Below, in pieces: positions 62,198 to 64,000 of a stretch of 64,000 nt of DNA (its first letter is position 1; each line of letters opens with the position of its first letter). A program made the translations under genes and the position numbers. The notes beneath the pieces were generated by a model. It saw only the letters and a list, made by a program, of their open reading frames with translations, searched no databases and was not told where the DNA came from. Where the stretch lies: the NCBI GenBank assembly GCA_038893355.1, contig JAWARQ010000002.1:128001-192000 (forward strand). The letters run 5' to 3'. Source of the DNA: Sulfolobaceae archaeon (GTDB taxonomy: Archaea; Thermoproteota; Thermoprotei_A; Sulfolobales; Sulfolobaceae).

Positions 62198-62824
62198 ATG
62201 GCAATACAAAACTTCCAAAAGATATGGGAGGGCAATAAAAAGGAAAAGGTATCAATCAAGGGCAAGGAACCATTGAGATATAGATTAGCTAATGCGAATT
62301 ATAAAATAAGGGCTATGGTTAGTAGGCTCGATGCATACATAGCAAGGCTACAAGAGAGGGATAGGACATTATTCGAAAGAGTAGTTGAGGCTCAAATGTC
62401 GAAGGATACGATGAGGGCTGCAATGTATGCTAATGAGATTGCAGAGATTAGGAAGATTACTAAGCAGATGATAATAACCCAAATTGCCTTAGAGCAGGTC
62501 TCTTTAAGACTAGAAACTGTAGAAGAATTAGGTGACATATTCGTTAACTTAATACCAGTAGTTGGCGTAATATCAGAACTTAAGAGTGTATTAAAGGGAA
62601 TAATGCCAGAAATATCTATAGAACTAGGTGAAATAGGGGAGGCATTACAAGAAATAGTAGTAGAAGCTGGTAACTTCACTGGTGCACCTTATGTAGGTGC
62701 TCCATCATCTCCAGAGGCAAGGAAGATATTAGAGGAAGCTGCAGCAATAGCAGAGCAGAGGATGAAAGAGAAGTTCCCAGATTTACCGCTATCATCTGGT
62801 CTAACACAGGTTCAGAAGAGTTAA
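62198..62824 (+). CDS. cdvB2: ESCRT-III cell division protein, CdvB1/B2 type (probably CdvB2)
   Basis: Snf7 core [26 protein letters not shown]-terminal FPDLP; adjacency to trpS favours CdvB2 (synteny recalled, not checked). Confidence 0.8.
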   Translation: MAIQNFQKIWEGNKKEKVSIKGKEPLRYRLANANYKIRAMVSRLDAYIARLQERDRTLFERVVEAQMSKDTMRAAMYANEIAEIRKITKQMIITQIALEQVSLRLETVEELGDIFVNLIPVVGVISELKSVLKGIMPEISIELGEIGEALQEIVVEAGNFTGAPYVGAPSSPEARKILEEAAAIAEQRMKEKFPDLPLSSGLTQVQKS

Positions 62825-62849
62825 ATTATCTTTTTTCTTCTTTTTATTC

Positions 62850-63992
62850 GTGGCTGAAAATTTTAGTGTATCACCTTGGGAAGTAAAAGGAAAAATTGAT
62901 TATGACAAGCTTATTTTACAATTTGGTACTCAAAAAATAACTGATTCGTTGAAGGATAGAATTAAAAAAATAACCGGAGACCTTCATGTGTTTTTAAGGA
63001 GAAATATATTTTTTTCACATAGGGATTTGGATTTAGTAATAAAGGATTATGAAGAAGGAAAGGGATTCTATCTTTATACTGGCAGAGCACCTTCTTTAGG
63101 TATGCACATTGGTCATTTAATTCCCTTTATATTTACAAAGTGGCTTCAAGACAAGTTTAAAGTGAATGTATTTATCGAAATAGCTGATGATGAGAAGTTT
63201 ATGAGAAATCCAGAGTACACTCTAGAACAAGTAAGATATTGGTCTTATGATAATATACTTGATATTATAGCAGTAGGATTTGACCCCGATAGGACTTTCA
63301 TTTTTCAAGATACAGAATATATAAGGAATATGTATCCAATAGCCATAAAGATAGCTAGGAAACTTACGTTCTCTGAAGTTAGAGCAACTTTTGGTTTAGA
63401 TCCATCTTCTAATATAGGAATAATTTTCTATGTAGCACTTCAAATAGCACCGACAATGTTCGAAAAAAAGAGATGTCTTATACCGGCTGGAATTGATCAA
63501 GATCCTTATTGGAGGTTACAAAGAGATATAGCTGAAAGTTTAGGATATTACAAAGCAGCACAAATTCATAGTAAATTCTTACCACCCTTAACCGGACCAG
63601 AGGGTAAAATGAGCTCTTCTGATCCAAATTCTGCAATATATCTTACTGATGATCCAAAGACCGTGGAAAGAAAGATTATGAAGTACGCATTTTCGGGTGG
63701 GCAGCCGACTATTGAGTTACATCGAAAGTACGGCGGAAATCCAGAAATAGATGTTTCGTTTCAATGGTTATATTTCTTATTTGAGCCTGATGATAATAAG
63801 ATCAAGAAAATAGAAGAAGATTATAGGAGTGGAGCATTACTTACTGGTGAATTGAAACAGATACTAATAGAGAAGCTAAATGAATTTTTAGAAGAGCATA
63901 GGAAAAAGAGAGAAGAGGCTAAACAATTAATTAATTTATTTAAGTATGATGGAGAATTAGCTAGAGAGATGTGGAAAAAAATTCATGAGTAA
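62850..63992 (+). CDS. trpS: Tryptophanyl-tRNA synthetase (archaeal type)
   Basis: YTGRAPS, HIGH, GIDQDPY, KMSSS, AFSGG. Confidence 0.96.
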   Translation: MAENFSVSPWEVKGKIDYDKLILQFGTQKITDSLKDRIKKITGDLHVFLRRNIFFSHRDLDLVIKDYEEGKGFYLYTGRAPSLGMHIGHLIPFIFTKWLQDKFKVNVFIEIADDEKFMRNPEYTLEQVRYWSYDNILDIIAVGFDPDRTFIFQDTEYIRNMYPIAIKIARKLTFSEVRATFGLDPSSNIGIIFYVALQIAPTMFEKKRCLIPAGIDQDPYWRLQRDIAESLGYYKAAQIHSKFLPPLTGPEGKMSSSDPNSAIYLTDDPKTVERKIMKYAFSGGQPTIELHRKYGGNPEIDVSFQWLYFLFEPDDNKIKKIEEDYRSGALLTGELKQILIEKLNEFLEEHRKKREEAKQLINLFKYDGELAREMWKKIHE

Positions 63993-64000
63993 TTTTTATA

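Overview
AT-rich crenarchaeal chromosome segment, almost certainly Sulfolobales (lysYZM-WXJK, PriX, CedB, Orc1-3, CdvB-type ESCRT-III, 3HP/4HB-type acetyl/propionyl-CoA carboxylase). Bases 1-18.8 kb are an amino-acid/2-oxoacid/acyl-CoA catabolic cluster: Liv ABC transporter, rhodanese, 4-subunit 2-oxoacid:ferredoxin oxidoreductase, a DmsB-DmsC-like fusion without a catalytic subunit, CitE-like lyase, a lone Mo-hydroxylase large subunit, thioesterase, acyl-CoA dehydrogenase and synthetase, and FixABCX. The rest is mostly core genes. Features missing from the ORF track: lysW, partial livH, tRNA-Lys(CTT) with a non-canonical 30/31 BHB intron, tRNA-Val(CAC), three C/D-box sRNAs, a probable oriC2 beside orc1-3 (that gene is bracketed by a perfect 15-bp inverted repeat), a decayed ISC796-like IS1 with extra 9-bp inverted termini, a 128-bp MITE related to it, a 58-bp perfect repeat read in two different frames inside one gene, and a 17-bp motif shared by two iron/peroxide gene promoters. 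No CRISPR array or rRNA was seen. All calls come from reading the sequence and recalled family knowledge; no searches were run.
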